A stretch of 64,000 nt of DNA from Glaucostegus cemiculus (taxonomy: Eukaryota), in the NCBI GenBank assembly GCA_976551045.1, contig CDPCPM010000073.1, forward strand, positions 25,978,001 to 26,042,000, given 5' to 3'. The notes below the pieces were generated by a model that made no database searches, was not told where the DNA came from, and worked only from the letters and a program-made list of their open reading frames with translations. Positions within the stretch are counted from its first letter, which is position 1. Every line of letters starts with the position of its first letter. Positions 15,301 through 30,300 of this stretch are shown one piece after another. The position numbers and the translations under genes were made by a program.

Positions 15301-18300
15301 TGGATCTACTTCAGCAATATGGAAGCTAATAGTTTATCACTGGGGGGTATACCCAATCCATTTTGTTGGCATAATATCCCCCACTTTCAACATTCACTCC
15401 TTCACCAACACCTGCAAATACACTGCAGAAACTTCCTATTCAGTTTAACCTTCCAAACTTGCAACTTGTATAATCTAGAAAAATAAAAGCAGCAGGTGCA
15501 CAGAAATGCTGCCTTCTGCAAGTTCCTGGTCACAAGGTCTCCTGAATTAGAAACATATCACCATTCCTTCATAATTATTTTGTCTAAATACTGAAATCCT
15601 TACCTCACAAAGAAACTATCATAAGTTTTGCAGCAGTTCAAAGTGGCAGCTTGTCACCACTTCCTCAAGGGCGATTAGGGATAGGCAATAAATGCTGGCC
15701 TTCCTAGCTATACCCACAATGGTGTGACTGAATGAGAAAAAAAAACCTGCTGCCTCTTCCTCACCAGCTGCATCATGCCACATGCCATATGAGATACCCA
15801 TATGGGGGAATGTAGCTGGTAAGAATTTTCAGCAGATCAAATCATGAACTCTTGCATGAATAAGTGTTAGAGGAGAAGGGAGCAAAGTTTAACTTTACAC
15901 CAAGAAAAAATTTAGATGGCTGCAATGCAAACAGGTGAGTAAATAATTAAAAATCTGCCACATTTTCTATTGTCTTGGAATTATTTTTCTCCTCCTTTCT
16001 CTCCCTCACACATATAAATAGAATCTTTAGTGTTAATGTGACTTTTGCTGAAGGTGTATAATTGACCATATTGACTTGGCTGTCCATTTTACATTTTGTG
16101 TTTTTCACTTCCATTGCCTTTCCTCTCCAGGTTGCTAACAAAACAGATGACGTTTTGTGTGCATTGTGAGTGATTTCTCTTCTTTTATTGCGACTGATCA
16201 CATATTCACAAATCCTTCATCGTTTTCCTTAGTATTTTATTGGCCACTTTCCTTAATTTTCAGCTTTTTGGGTCTTTTTTGTTTTTGCTACAATTTTGAT
16301 TTCCATCAATCAACTGCATGACAATGGAATTATAATGCCAAAGTGTGAGAATTGTGGGATGTGTTACACAACAGGAAGAACATTATGCATTTCTGAGATA
16401 GCTGCAGACCTTTTGGCCCCTTTTGTTCATGCCAACTCACAGCAAAACTATTCCATCAGTCCTGTTACCCTACTCCTTATTTTACCTGTAGTCCTGCAAT
16501 TTATGCTCATCAATTCCCCTTTGGTTCTTTTTGCCAGTTACCTACACTCTGGATTAATTTACAGTAGCCAATTAACCTACCAGCATATCTTTGGGATGTG
16601 GGAGGAAACTGAAACACCCGAGGGAAATTCATGCAGTCATGGGAAGAAGGTACAAATTCCACACAGATAGCACCTGAGGTTGAATCCAAGTCTCTGTAGT
16701 TGTGAGGCAGCTGTCCCCAATGTAATCATTCTCATAATGATGAGCTAATATCCCATGGAGCTGTACACAATCATAATCTTTGGATGAAGGGGATTAGTGA
16801 GTAGGAGAACTGGACTAGGGTGCTCAATCATTTCCATTTTAAAGTCATTTTCTGTCTAGTTTTCCAAATTTGATTATATCATTTGTAATATTCTTTGTTA
16901 AAATTTCAAAACACTAAGGTATATTTGACTACAAATAGTCATTGCTGCACATATTTTCTGAGCAGAAAATTGGGAGAAAAAAAGATGAATTCTGAGATAA
17001 AGGAGGTGCTGAAATACATCTTATCGCACATGGTCTCAGACCATCTATCAGGCTATCTAAAGCAGTATTAAGGTCCTTGAATATACGAGTCAGTTGCTAA
17101 ATGATGCTGTTGGGATTATTCCATTACATTTAATGTCACTGATCTGACCAGGTTCTGCTCATTTATTGAAATGTGATGTGGCCTTACCAGAAGTCCTGAA
17201 AGGAACCATGGGAGGTCACCACCAAAAAGGCTGGTCAATCAATGTGAATTTACCTTTAAAAGATAGAACTGCAAGAAAGCTCCTCAGAAATCAAGAGCAT
17301 AGTACTCCTGAGGATTGTTGTCAAGCTTCACTAGCCCCACTTATAACTTCCTCACTACTTCCCAGAAACTACCAGGGGATAGCTGCTGGGGGTCTAAAAT
17401 GGGAACAGATTGAAGTTGTGAAATGGATAAGAAACGCAAGGTCTAACCACACAAAGAGGAAAGGTAATCAGCATTGAACTGGCAACTAACCACACCAACT
17501 AGCCTTTTGCAGCTGGGGACTTGGTGCTCCGCTGCTGAGCAAAAGGGATACTCAAGGTTCTGCTCAAATAAAATGATGTTTTCTTTTCTCCTCCTGATTT
17601 TGTACAGACTTTTCAGGATTCAGGTTTACCCCATTTTTGATCACCTGTAACCTACATCTTACTCAACCAGGATTTACAGAGGCAGGTAAAGAGGAATTCC
17701 TGGTATAAGGGGATTTCCCTCCACTATTGCTCCCTCAGGGAAAACTGTTGACATAACTTGCTTCGCAGGTGCATTCCTCCTTTTTCAAGGCTAACTAGGG
17801 ACTTACTGCAATCAGATCATTTTCCCGTGGTCCTCACAGGACTTGTACTTCAGCAGAGCCCCACCATATTGGGAGCAAAAAAGAAATGGACAACTTTATG
17901 GTTTAAATGACATTGGAACAATATTATCATGCAGTTTATTTGTTGGATGATCAGATTACAACTGCAATCATTTATGATGAAGGTTTTATACTTTTTTTTG
18001 GATGCTAAGCATATAATACTGGCACCAGATTAACTTTCAGCAAATTTATGGATGGCCTCTAAAGCGACCAGACACTGAATGATGACATTAACAGAAATAA
18101 AATGATCTATGTAGTTTAGAAATCAAGTATCACAGGGTACAAAGTGAAATTTGTAAGTACATACCTGAAAATTAGAAACAGAATAGAAATAAACTCCCAT
18201 ACAGCAGCCTAATGTTGTACCTAACGAGATAATCCAAGTCATCAGATGAATTAAACATCTCACAATTTTCTGTTTTCTTGTTAGTTGCCTCTTGTAACGC

Positions 18301-21300
18301 ATTTTGTCTGATAACATTTCCTGTAGAAAATATTTCAGCCTTTTAACTATAGGAATGGTGCAGAAGTTCCTTTAAAGTTCCATCATGCTTATGGGAAAAT
18401 TGATTTAACATCCCTAAAGAAAAACATTCTTCATTGCAAAACATAGTCACCTATAAATATTTAGGGAAGGGAGCACAAAGAACTGGATAAATTGCAACAT
18501 TTCATGTTCCATGTTTTGTTTGATCTTGGACTTACTCATTTAATTATGCTATCAAGAAATAATCATTCTTCTGCATTGACAAATCTGGATCAGGTTTTCC
18601 CAAAAACAGTGGAATACTACATTCAGCCTCAGTGGGGATCAATCTTATGACGCTGCCAGATGGCAAAACTCAAGTGATGCACAATAGGGGATAATCAACA
18701 GGCAGTCAAAGTCCATAGGGAAATGACTATTTTTTTTCCTGTGAGCCCCTTAGAGCTAAAAGTTATTATTTTTTGGTTACCTTTCTTTCTTTAAATCTTC
18801 CTTGGTCTTAGTGGTTTTCAGTGGACGATTGTGCCACTGACATTAACATATCCATGTTCCACAAGACCACAAGAGAAGGGAGCAGAAGTAGGCCATTCAG
18901 CCCATCGAGTCTGCTCCAAAGGGAAGGAAATGTTGTGGGGGGGGGGGGGTGTACTTATTCTAACCCCAAATTCTGGCCTTATCTCCGTATCCCTTGATAC
19001 CTTGATTAATTAGATAGCTATCTATCTCCTCCTTAATAGAACAAGAACAATAGAACAATAGAACAATACAGCACAGAACAGGCCCTTCGGCCCATCAAGC
19101 TGTGCCATCCTACAAACATCTCCCAAACTAACTCTTTCCACCCTCATATCCTACTATTCCACATTCTTCCATGTGCTTATCTAACAATCTCTTAAACCTG
19201 TCCAACGTATCTACCTCCACTACCACCCCAGGCAGTGCATTCCATGCACCAACCACTCTCTGGGTGAAAAACTTCCCTCTGACGTCTCCCCTATACTTTT
19301 CACCTATTATCTTAAAGGCATGCCCTCTCGTCTTGAGCATCTGCGCTCTGGGAAAGAGGCGCTGACTATTAACTCTATCTATTCCTCTCAATATCTTAAA
19401 CACCTCTATCAAGTCCCCTCTCATCCTCCTCCTCTCTAATGAGTAGAGCCCTAACACCTTAAGCCTCTCTTTATATTCCATACCCTCCAATCCAGGCATC
19501 ATCCTGGTAAAACGCCTCTGCACCCTCTCCAACGCCTCCACATCCTTCCTATAATGCGGCGACCAAAACTGAACACAATATTCCAAGTGCGGCCTAACTA
19601 GAGTTTTGTAAAGCAGCATCATCACCTCTCTGCTCTTGAACTCAATCCCTTTATTTATAAAAGCCAACATCCCATAAGCCTTCTTAACAGCCCTATCCAC
19701 CTGCGAGGCAACTTTGAGCGAACTGTGGATATGAACCCCCAGATCCCTCTGCTCCTCTACACTGCCAAGAACCTTACCATTTACCTTATACTCTGTCCTG
19801 GAGTTTGTCCTCCCAAAGTGCACCACCTCACACTTCTCCGGATTAAACTCCATCTGCCACCTATCAGCCCATTTCTGCATCCTATCAATATCCCCCTGTA
19901 AGCTCCTACAGTCCTCCACACTATCTACCACACCACCGATCTTGGTGTCATCTGCAAACTTACCAACCCATCCCTCCACTCCTTCATCCAAATCATCTAT
20001 GAATATAACAAAGAGTAGAGGCCCCAGAACCGATCCCTGCGGGACTCCACTAGTCACAGCCCTCCAATCCGAGGGCACTCCCTCCACCATAACCCTCTGC
20101 CTTCTACAGGAAAGCCAATTTCTTATCCACACAGCCAACCTCCCCTGGATACCTCGACCTCTGACCTTCTGAAGAAGCCTGCCATGAGGAACCTTATCGA
20201 ACGCCTTACTAAAATCCATATACACTACATCCACCGCCCTGCCCTCATCAAGCTTCCTCGTCACCTCCTCAAAGAACTCTATCAGGCTCGTGAGGCAAGA
20301 TCTTCCCTTCACAAAGCCATGCTGACTGTCCCTAATCAGTCCATGACTCTCCAAGTGCTCATAGATCCTGTCCCTCAAAATCCTTTCCAACAGCTTACCT
20401 ACCACAGACGTGAGGCTCACCGGTCTGTAATTTCCCGGACTATCTCTACTGCCCTTCTTAAACAAGGGAACAATATCCGCTACTCGCCAATCCTCCGGCA
20501 CCATCCCCGTGGACAACGAGGACTCAAAGATCCTCACCAGCGGATCAACAATCTCCTCCCTCGCCTCCCGAAGCAGCCTGGGGAATATTCCATCGGGCCC
20601 CGGAGACTTATCAGTCTTGATACTACTTAACAATTTCATCACCTCCTCCCTCTCTATAGCTACATACTCAAGAATATTACCCTTGTCAGCACTCACTGTC
20701 ACATCATCAAGGCCCCTCTCCTTGGTGAATACAGAGGAGAAGTATTCATTAAGTACCTCCCCTACCTCTGCCGCCTCTAGGCACATCCTCCCACCTTTGT
20801 CCTTAATAGGCCCTACCTTTACCCTAGTCATCCTTCTGCCCTTCACATAAGAGAAAAAAGCCTTGGGATTTTCCTTAACCCTACGAGCCAACATCTTTTC
20901 ATGTCCCCTTCTAGCTCTCCTCAGCTCTTTCTTAAGTTCCCTTCTCACTATACTATACTCCTCACGGGCCACATCAGAGCCTTGCCGCTTACACCTTACG
21001 TAAGCCTCCTTCTTCCTCCTAACCAGTCTTTCTACCTCTCTTGTCACCCACGGTTCCTTCACTATTCCATTCTTCCTCCGTCTTGCCGGAACATATCTGT
21101 CCCCAACATCCTGTAAAACATCCCTGAACAACGTCCACATCTCTACAGTACACATCCCCTCAAAAAGGACTTCCCAATTTACACTCCCAAGCTCTTTCCT
21201 TATAGCCTCATAGTCTGCCCTACCCCAATTGAATATCTTCCTACGCTCCCTGCACTTATGCCTGTCCATGACAATTCTAAAGCTTATCGAGGAATGATCA

Positions 21301-24300
21301 CTGTCTCCCAGAGGCTCACCCACTAGTAGATCTCTCACCTGTCCCGGTTCATTTCCTAAGACCAGATCCAACACAGCATTCCCTCTAGTCGGTTTGTCAA
21401 CATACTGCTCCAGAAATCCATCCTGGACACACTTAACAAACTCATTCCCATCCAAACCTCTGGCACTGAGCATGTCCCAGTCTATATTTGGGAAGTTGAA
21501 ATCACCCATTATTACAACCCTATTATCTTTGCTTCTGTCCAAGCACTGTCTAACCACTGTTGAAACTTTTACGGTAAACAATGTGTTAGATCCAGCTGAA
21601 TTAACTGATCAAGAATTCTCAAATTCAGCAGTGCCTTTAGACCATTATAAACAACAGCAAGCTGAATTATAGAGAAGCTAATTTATGCTGTTGTTACTCT
21701 CATATTGAGTTCAGAAGATGTATTACCAGCATCAATTTGTATCATTGAAAGATTGTATGGACATTTTTCAGGCTGAGTTAATTGTTATCAGAATGACATA
21801 GGAAGTCTTGTTTTTAGAACATAGAACAATATGGCACAGGAATTTCTGTAAAAATATTATATCACTTTTTATATGGAATTTAAAGATTCTAGCACATGAA
21901 GTTATACTCAATTTGTTAAACTGTAACATATTAATACTTAGTATAGGGGCATGAGCACATACCTTTAACTGTGTGCTCAGGCTCGTTTTTTTCAGTTGTA
22001 CTGTTTTTTCATTAGTTATGTTAAAATCCCATGAACATAGAAGTCTGGCTGCCTCACCAGAGGAAGTGCCAATTGTTATGAAGTTTTCATTGAATGACTT
22101 TGCTATGCTGCAATAGAAAATTGAATGAGTACATAGGTATACTTTTTTGTACTGATTTAGGATTTAGAAAAAAACCTTTGTATGTTGAGTTTGTGCTCTT
22201 TTTCAAGAATTGCAAGAGGATTTCAATTGTCTGTTGTGATTTTATTTCTAAAACAAAGGGATATGTAAAACAACGAGATGCCAATCAAAGCTGTTGCTGA
22301 TATCTAAAAACTAAAGGAGTATGCTGGGAGTGCCCAGCAGGTCAGGCTGTGTCTATGGAGAGAGAAAAACTGAGTCAATATTATAGACGGATAACCTTGC
22401 CACAGAACTGACCAGTTCTGATATAAACCGAAGAGTGAGTCATCTGAAACCTTTGAATTCGATATCAAGTCCTAAACACTGCAATGTGTTGGTCAAAAAT
22501 AAGACATTGTTACTCCAATTTACACTGGGCTTCCTTGTGCAGGATGCTGCAGACAAATCAGCATGGTGCTGGAGCAAAGAACTAAAATGACAGGCAAGTT
22601 GTCATTTTACAGGAAGCTCGGGGTTAACAAAGGAGCTCAGCAAAGTAGTTACTCAACCTGCTTTTGATTTCAACAATAAGACAACATCATGATCAGTACA
22701 CTCAATTGGAAGAATAGTAAATGAATCACTGTTTCAACTGGAAAGACAGTTTTGGTTCCTGGATAGTGAAAAGAGATGATGTAAAACAAAAGGCATTGCA
22801 CCCCCTTTGATTGGCAAAACGTTGTGGGAATGGGAGTATTTGGTGGAGATGGAATCACAGACCAAGGAGTCGCAAAGGGAGCAGACCCTTTGGAATGCTG
22901 AAATGAGGAAGGAAAATTCTCTTAATCAGTGACAGAAATTTCAAAGGATGATCCATTGAATGTGGAAGCTGGTGGGTGAAAGCTGGGAACCAGGGGAACC
23001 CTATCCTTGCTGTGTCCAGGAGAGGGGGTGAAAGCAGAGGTATGTATGGGAAATAGATAAGATGCAACTAAGTCTCTGTACAGGAGAAACAACAGTTAAA
23101 GAAGTACAAAAACATCTCAGAGGAATGTATGTGGAAAGTTTCAGATCAGATACCATGGAGGAGAACTGGAAGAATTAAATAGAGTCTTTACAGGAAGCAA
23201 GGTGGGAGAAATTTATTGTTCAGATGAGTAAAAAATGTTGGCAACTAACCCATTTCCTGTTAATGGTGACAGAGAAAACTAGAAAGGGAAGGGAGGAGCC
23301 AGAAATGAACCAGGTGAATGTCAGAGCATCTTGGAAATTGGCAACAAAAGTAATGAAATTTCTGTTCTGTATTTGAGCAGGAAGCCTGAGCAGGAGCATT
23401 TCCAGCATTCAACTTTTGATTTCTCTGACTGGCATTTCACTACTTTTATGTGTCTGGTTTTTTTTCCCCTCTCTTTCTCTTACTGCCTTCATTCATACAT
23501 TAACCAGATAGATCCATAAACATTGAGATGACTCCGCAAGCCTGGCCTCACCCTATCAGAAATGTTCCCTTTGCATTATTTATCTCTATAACTTACAATA
23601 ATTATGTCTTTATGTCTTGCACTGTACTGCTGCCGCAAAACAACAAATTTCACTACATATGTCAGTGATAATAAACCTGATTCTGTACGTTATCTTCTAC
23701 ATTCTCTGTAACTCGCTTCCTCACTTTCCCTGTTCAAAAAGGACTTTAACCTGAAATGCTGTCTCTGTGTCTCTGTCCACAGATGCTGAGTGTTTTCAGG
23801 ATTTTGTGTTTTTATTTCAGACTTCCAGCACTTTGAGTTTTTTAATTTTTATTTTGATTTCTTCCTATTGAATGAAGGAAGTAAAGGATGAGATTTAATC
23901 AGATCTCTTTCAAGTCAGGGAGAGCTTGATAGGAGAACTGGAAAAAGTAATTTCATTTTGCACGTTCAGCTGAGACTGTATGCATATATTATTCCCATGC
24001 TATTGCCTTTAGCCTTATCATTGCAGACAGCGCACACTTCATACTTATTTTGCTAACATAAGCAAATCGAAGTCAATAAAGCAGTTTACACTTGATGGCA
24101 AAGAAATGAAAGGATTATATCTAATTACCTGTAAACCAGAGACAGAAAGCAAATCAGCATGTAGAATCCAAATGTGAGGAAATAAGCAAGTTGCATATTA
24201 TACAGTCCAGCAGCAGGACTTGCTTGAATGCTGGCATTAGTATAAAACCCATAATAAAAAACAGTCTGTGTAAAATAACCCTGCAAGAAAAAGGAGTTGT

Positions 24301-27300
24301 CAAGATTGGGAAAATCAGCAACAGTCCATACAACACCCTGCCACCACTTGGGAGCTTCTACTCTCAAAAACAGTGCAGACACTTTAAAAGCTGCCAGTCA
24401 CACAAATGGAATAAGAAAATAGTTGATAACACTAAAATTGCTACAAGGATTTTTAAACAAAATCAATTATCATTTTGTTAAAAAATACATTGTATTTAAT
24501 TTTAATCTTTTTCTAGCTTAATTGATCTACGTTTCATCAGGTCTCTGCTAATTACCTTTTCATCTGGGATAATCAGTTCCATTAATGACCCATTCCTCTG
24601 TCTTTAACAGTCTTCCTTTCCCATATACATCTAATTTCCTTTCAAATTTTGTTAAAGCACCTGGCTTGATGTCTTAAAGTGGCTCAAATTCCTCTTTGTT
24701 CAAAAGATTCATCTACCACTGGAAGTATTAATTTTGACAATTTGTCCATCAAAGTTCCTCATTATTTTGAAAACCTCTGAATCCTACTTATCCCCTCTAG
24801 ATAAGGAAAGGTTAAGTTCCCCTATTTTGGAAGCCTTTCTTGACAATTTCTAGCTATTCTGGAAAAAAGTTCACCCAAATTTCTAACAATGCAATGACAG
24901 GAGCCTTTTCCAATACCTACATCAAGCAGTGAACAACCTCCTGTTCACCAACTGGCTGAGCAACCAATCATATTAAAGAGCACTCAAAGACAAGAAATCA
25001 GGAGACATTTAAATGAATTTTTACACAATATAATGTGTCAAATAAAGATTAAAACATACTTATATGATTAAAGCAGAAGTTGAAATATCAATTAAACTTT
25101 GCTCGTTTGTATTTTAAAATTCCTGATATTTTGAATTATTCATGCAAAGAAATTACAAATTGCATAATAGTCATCCAGGGTCACTTAGATCACATCATTT
25201 CAGGTGATATCAACATGACAGCTATGGAGAAAGCTGTATGCAACATAGCCTATTACAAAAAACAATGATCTATAAATAATTTTGGGATTTCTTCATTAAG
25301 TTGTAAAAAGTTACTGCACGGAATACTAACAGTGAACACCAATAGTTTGCCATCATTACTTCAAAAGCCAGGCCAATATTTCAGATTTATTTTATATCTT
25401 GATGTTTGCCCCATCTTCTATTTTCAACACCTATTTAACATTATGTTTTGTCACTGATAGATAAATAAGCATTCTAAGTATTATATCGGCTTACTATTAG
25501 TCAAATAAAGTAAAAAAAGGTGGCTCATTCTGTTTGCTTAGACCTTACTTTCATTTCAATGCTTAATTTTAATACTACTTTGCTTTCTATTGTAAATATG
25601 TTTTGCTTAATTTAAGGATACTTACTGCACCAGTGAGAAGCTCCAAGCCTGTGAAAGTGAGGTTGTTGGGGCCCAAGGCAAAGAATTGTGGGATGGTAAT
25701 GAAGCTGAAGTTAATCAGGAAGGAAAAGACATTAAACATAAGCAGCCACTTGAGGAAGGTGAAATAAGAGAGAACACCTGTTCCAAACTTGCCACCAATA
25801 ACTTTCAGGGATCTATGCCAGGGATGAATGGAATGGAAAATTTCAATCATATTTTCACGAAAGCGTCGAAGAGACTGTAAAATGAGAACAAGGAAGAAAC
25901 ACTATCATTACATTGAATTAGTTTGTGTGGAATCTTTTAATTTTTCTGGAAGTAACACAACTGTGGAGGGTTTCCCCCCCCCCCCCCCCCCCGAGTCTTA
26001 CATTGAGAGATGCCCACTGTATTAGCAGTTTTCCCATTGTTTGCATTTCTCTTTTCAACTCCAAATGTTTGAACCATTTGAATTATTTTATGTTAGTAAT
26101 TCCAGGAGATTTTTTAACAAAATTCTTTATAATAACTGAACATTTTCTACCTTCCCCTCTGAAAAGATTTGACTTTTATTTGCATTTCCTGAATTGAAAC
26201 AAGGTAACTCTTACATTTTTTTTGGCCTTGACACTAGAGCAGTGGATGTGAAGTCAGATTGGTAGACTTCATAAAATGGACATTATGTTGCATGCAAAAA
26301 TAATTTTCACCAGATGGTAACAGTAGCTATTCTGGTTTAATGGAAAAATTGGACAGGAAAGGTTCAGAGAGCACTATAGAAATTGTACATTACTCTTTTT
26401 ATTAAAATGATTCAAATTCTAGGTTGCTTTTATGTTTTCTCTTCAGTCCTTTTTAAATCCACACATTGAGAAGTCAGCTTTTATTGACCATCTCTAATTG
26501 CCCTTATAAAGCTGAAACACTTTCTTGAATCACTGGATTCCATGTGGGGATGATACTCTCCTATTTCATTTTTAATTCAATTAACTGGCTTGCTAGGCCA
26601 TTTCAGAGAGTAATTAAGAATCACCATATTGCATTTGATTTGGATTCATTTGCAGATTAGATAGGTAAAAGACAACAAATTATTTTTCCCTTTTTGAAGT
26701 CTAGTTTTTAATGGGCATCTTTAGTCACCATTACTGACACTTAGCCTTTTCATTCCAAGTATATTTAATGTAACAGTTGTGATGGGATCAGGTAGGTCTC
26801 TGATATACCAACCCAGTAGCATTATTAATTTTCTATCATGTATCAAAGTCAGAACAGAGGAATGCAACTTGTATTGGAGAAGCCAATAAATACATTACAT
26901 GTATCCCTAGGTTATGCTATTGTTTAACAAGCACTTGGGCAGCAAATCACGCATTGAAGATACAACTTCCATATTGGTAAGACTGAAACAACATTCAGAG
27001 AAAACTGTAAAACACAACTCTTTGCCCTCAGCTATCTATATCTAAGTGAAAAGGCAGGTTTGAAACCAGTTTCTAACAATCAACCTGAAGAAAATGTCTA
27101 GTTTTTCCCAATGTATGGTCTCTTGTTGATTTGCTTGAAAGCACAAGTCCATTATGCAATGCCCTGCATCTTCGTTTCATGGCACACTGGAGCTCAAATG
27201 AAATACCTTTCCTGACAAAAAACCTCATTCTGACAGTATAGCAGAACTGGGCTGAAGTAATACAGAAAATGAGATCCACAACACAATCATTTTGTTTTAA

Positions 27301-30300
27301 ATGAGCTGGTCCTGTGCAAAACTGAGAAAAATAAAGGAATCTTCTGAAAGAAAACACAAAACAAAGGGATCAACACATTAATAACATTTGTAATTGCCAT
27401 GTACATAATTTTTGATAATTTGAACTGAGGCAATTTGAACCCAAGGAGTTCTTCTGACCCACAGGTTGCAGTCTCTTTCATCACTGTATTCTCATAAATT
27501 GCACATGGAAAGGGGAAAGATTTGAAAGGGAACTGAGAGGCAACATTCTCCACACAGAGGGTGATCCATATATGGAATGAGCTGCCAAAGAAAGTGGTAG
27601 AGGTGGGTACAATTATAACATTTAAAATATATTTGGACAGGTATAAGGTTTAGAAGGGGTATGGGCAAAGTTTAGGCAAATGGGACTAGTTCAGTGATTG
27701 GCATGGACAAGTTGGGTCTAAGGACTTGTTTTCCTTGTTGTGTAGCTCTTTGATTCAAAGTACCTGGCTTCAAACCTCATTATGGTGCAACCTAAATACA
27801 GACAAAAGAACTGAAATCAAGAGGCAAGTTGAAGGTTTTGGCTGAGACCCCAAAAAAATAGAAATCACTGGGAATTTGGGCAACATTCTCCACCAGCTCT
27901 GTCATACCTGGCACAAAGGAGATGATTTTGATTGTTGCAGATCAAATCATACCCTGAGTAGGCCTACCATTGCTACTTAATTATTAATTATTTCTCCATC
28001 AGAACGTCAGAAATGAGGATCTTTCTGGATGACTACAATGTTCAGATCCATTCACAATTCCTCAGGTAATTTCCCATTCGCAGTTTGATCTTAACACTAA
28101 GGGTCATTCTTGTGTACTACTGTGCACCATTTCAGTTGGGTCTTTCCTGCAGGTAGGACTGGACATTGCTAAGACTGGTGACGGAGGAGACTAGGACATT
28201 GACTGAGATAGATACTTGTGTAAGCATGACTATGTTGCTCGATTAGTCTGTGGGACAGCTCCTAATCTTGGTACACGCCAGATTAATTTAATGAGATGTA
28301 CTATGCTGAATGTAATAGACAACTTTTGCTACATGCTTTTGCCATATCTGGTACCTACATTGATAACTTGTGATTTACTTCTGTTTTTTTTTGTTGTGGC
28401 TTGATACAACTGAGTCAGAGAGAAATTAAGAATCAACCAGTTGTTGTGAATCTGACATCATACTGAAGCTGGACCTATTGATCCTAAAATAAAAACAAAG
28501 TTCTGTGAGGTACTCAGGAGATCAGGCAGGATCTATGGAGAGAGAACCAATGTCAATTAACTTACATCACACTTGGATAAACAGGTTTTAAGATGCAGAG
28601 AAAAGAGGAAAGGAGGAGAAAACATACAAGAAGTTGTGCAGTAGAATGGAATTTTTTTTGTCACCTTACATCATTACCACTTTTGAAATTTAATCTCTCC
28701 TGTGTTCCACCCCCATTCTCTCCATCTTAAAATCACCTTATCTTTAACTATTTCCAGTTCTGATGAAAGGTCATTGACCTGTAATGTTAACAGTTTCTCT
28801 CTCCAGCCATACTGCCTGACCTACTGAACATTTTCAACATTTACTCCTTTTATTTCAGATTTCCAGCATCAGTGGTATACTGCTTTTGAACGACTGATAT
28901 TAGCTTTTTATACTTTATTTATTGGGTGAACCAACTTCAAATTTGATCTGAACGAATATCACCACATCATTAGTTGAAGCTGCTGGCTCACCAGCACAGT
29001 AACATAAGCTCTATGCTAATAAACCATCACAACCTCTGTACATACACAAACAGATGCATTGAACCTAAACCATCAACTCCAGTGGGAAAGAAAACAGCTG
29101 GAAAAACACATGCAGCTGCTGTGAAAGATCATTCTCTGCCACTGCCCATCCCAATTAATTAATAACAAGCCAAAAATCCCAATTTATGCACTGAATCCAA
29201 CAATTTAGTATCCTTGATTCAAGGATTCCTTTTGTATCTGCTCTTGTTAATACTTACAGATGATATGCTAGTCAGAAGCTGGGTGCAGCTAGCTATCTGA
29301 TAATCTGCTTCCATTGACTTTGGCCCAATCTCCAGATACACCTGATCCCTGGTATGAAAAAGGGGAAATGAACAATTCACATTGCAATTATAAAATAAGC
29401 ATTTCATGTTCATAATAACTATAGAAAACCCGTCTTAGTGCATTCATCCACAAAGCAGCATTTACAGATTCTAGCACCATCATTGGCTATCCGACAGCTT
29501 GCAGAAAGATGTTTACCAAATTGTGCAAAGAAATTCTTCCTGACACCAGTTTTAGTCTTCACCAAGTTCAAACTATGGATCCATTACCTATATCAAATTA
29601 CTTGAAATGCATGAAGGTTCATATTTTATATTTTATTTATGTTCCATTTGTTCAGAGGGTGCCTCTTGTCAACTCTTTCTGTAAACTGAAGATTTCATCC
29701 TCTGTGTTCTGTCATCTGAGAACCTCTTTAAAAATTCAGACATGTTATATCTGATAAAGTCCTATAACAGTGTCAGGGGATGGCCAAATGAAGGAATCAT
29801 TAGATTTTAAAAAAGAAATCTTCAAAATTCAACTCAGTAGGATGCATTTTTGGGGGCTATGGTGATAAATTGATTCCAATTTGTCTCTGGCACTTGCTCA
29901 TGCATTTTTGATAGAACCTATGACATGCTGGATATCCTAATGAGCTGTTAACACTGCTCATAGTATCACAAGATCACAAGACAAAGGAGCAAAAGTAAGC
30001 CATTTGGCCCATCGAATTCACTCCGCTACCTCACCACGAGCTAAACTATTCCCATCTAGCCCCAATTTCCAGCCTTTTCCCCATATCTCTTGATATCCTG
30101 ACTAATTAGATACCATTCTTTCTCCTCCTTAAACACCCCCAGTAATTGGGCCTCCACAGCTGTATGTGGCAACGAATTCCATAAATCCATGACCCTCTAG
30201 CTAAAGAAATTTTTTCTCATTTCTGTTCTAGAGGGGTACCCTCTAATTCTAAGACTGTGCCCTCTGGTCCTGGACTCACCCACCAAGGGAAACAACCTAG

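Noticed and set aside
21554-21581. Start of the 817-aa ORF ([10 protein letters not shown])
   Set aside because: This is flanking sequence read in frame; CR1 homology begins near RQCLDRSK, so it is not a real start.
19171-21672. Plus-strand ORFs overlapping the CR1
   Set aside because: Antisense shadows of the CR1 ORF2.
27073-27357. 94-aa minus-strand ORF as a TMC5 exon
   Set aside because: No TMC similarity; exon 29258-29348 already fills that slot with the correct phases.
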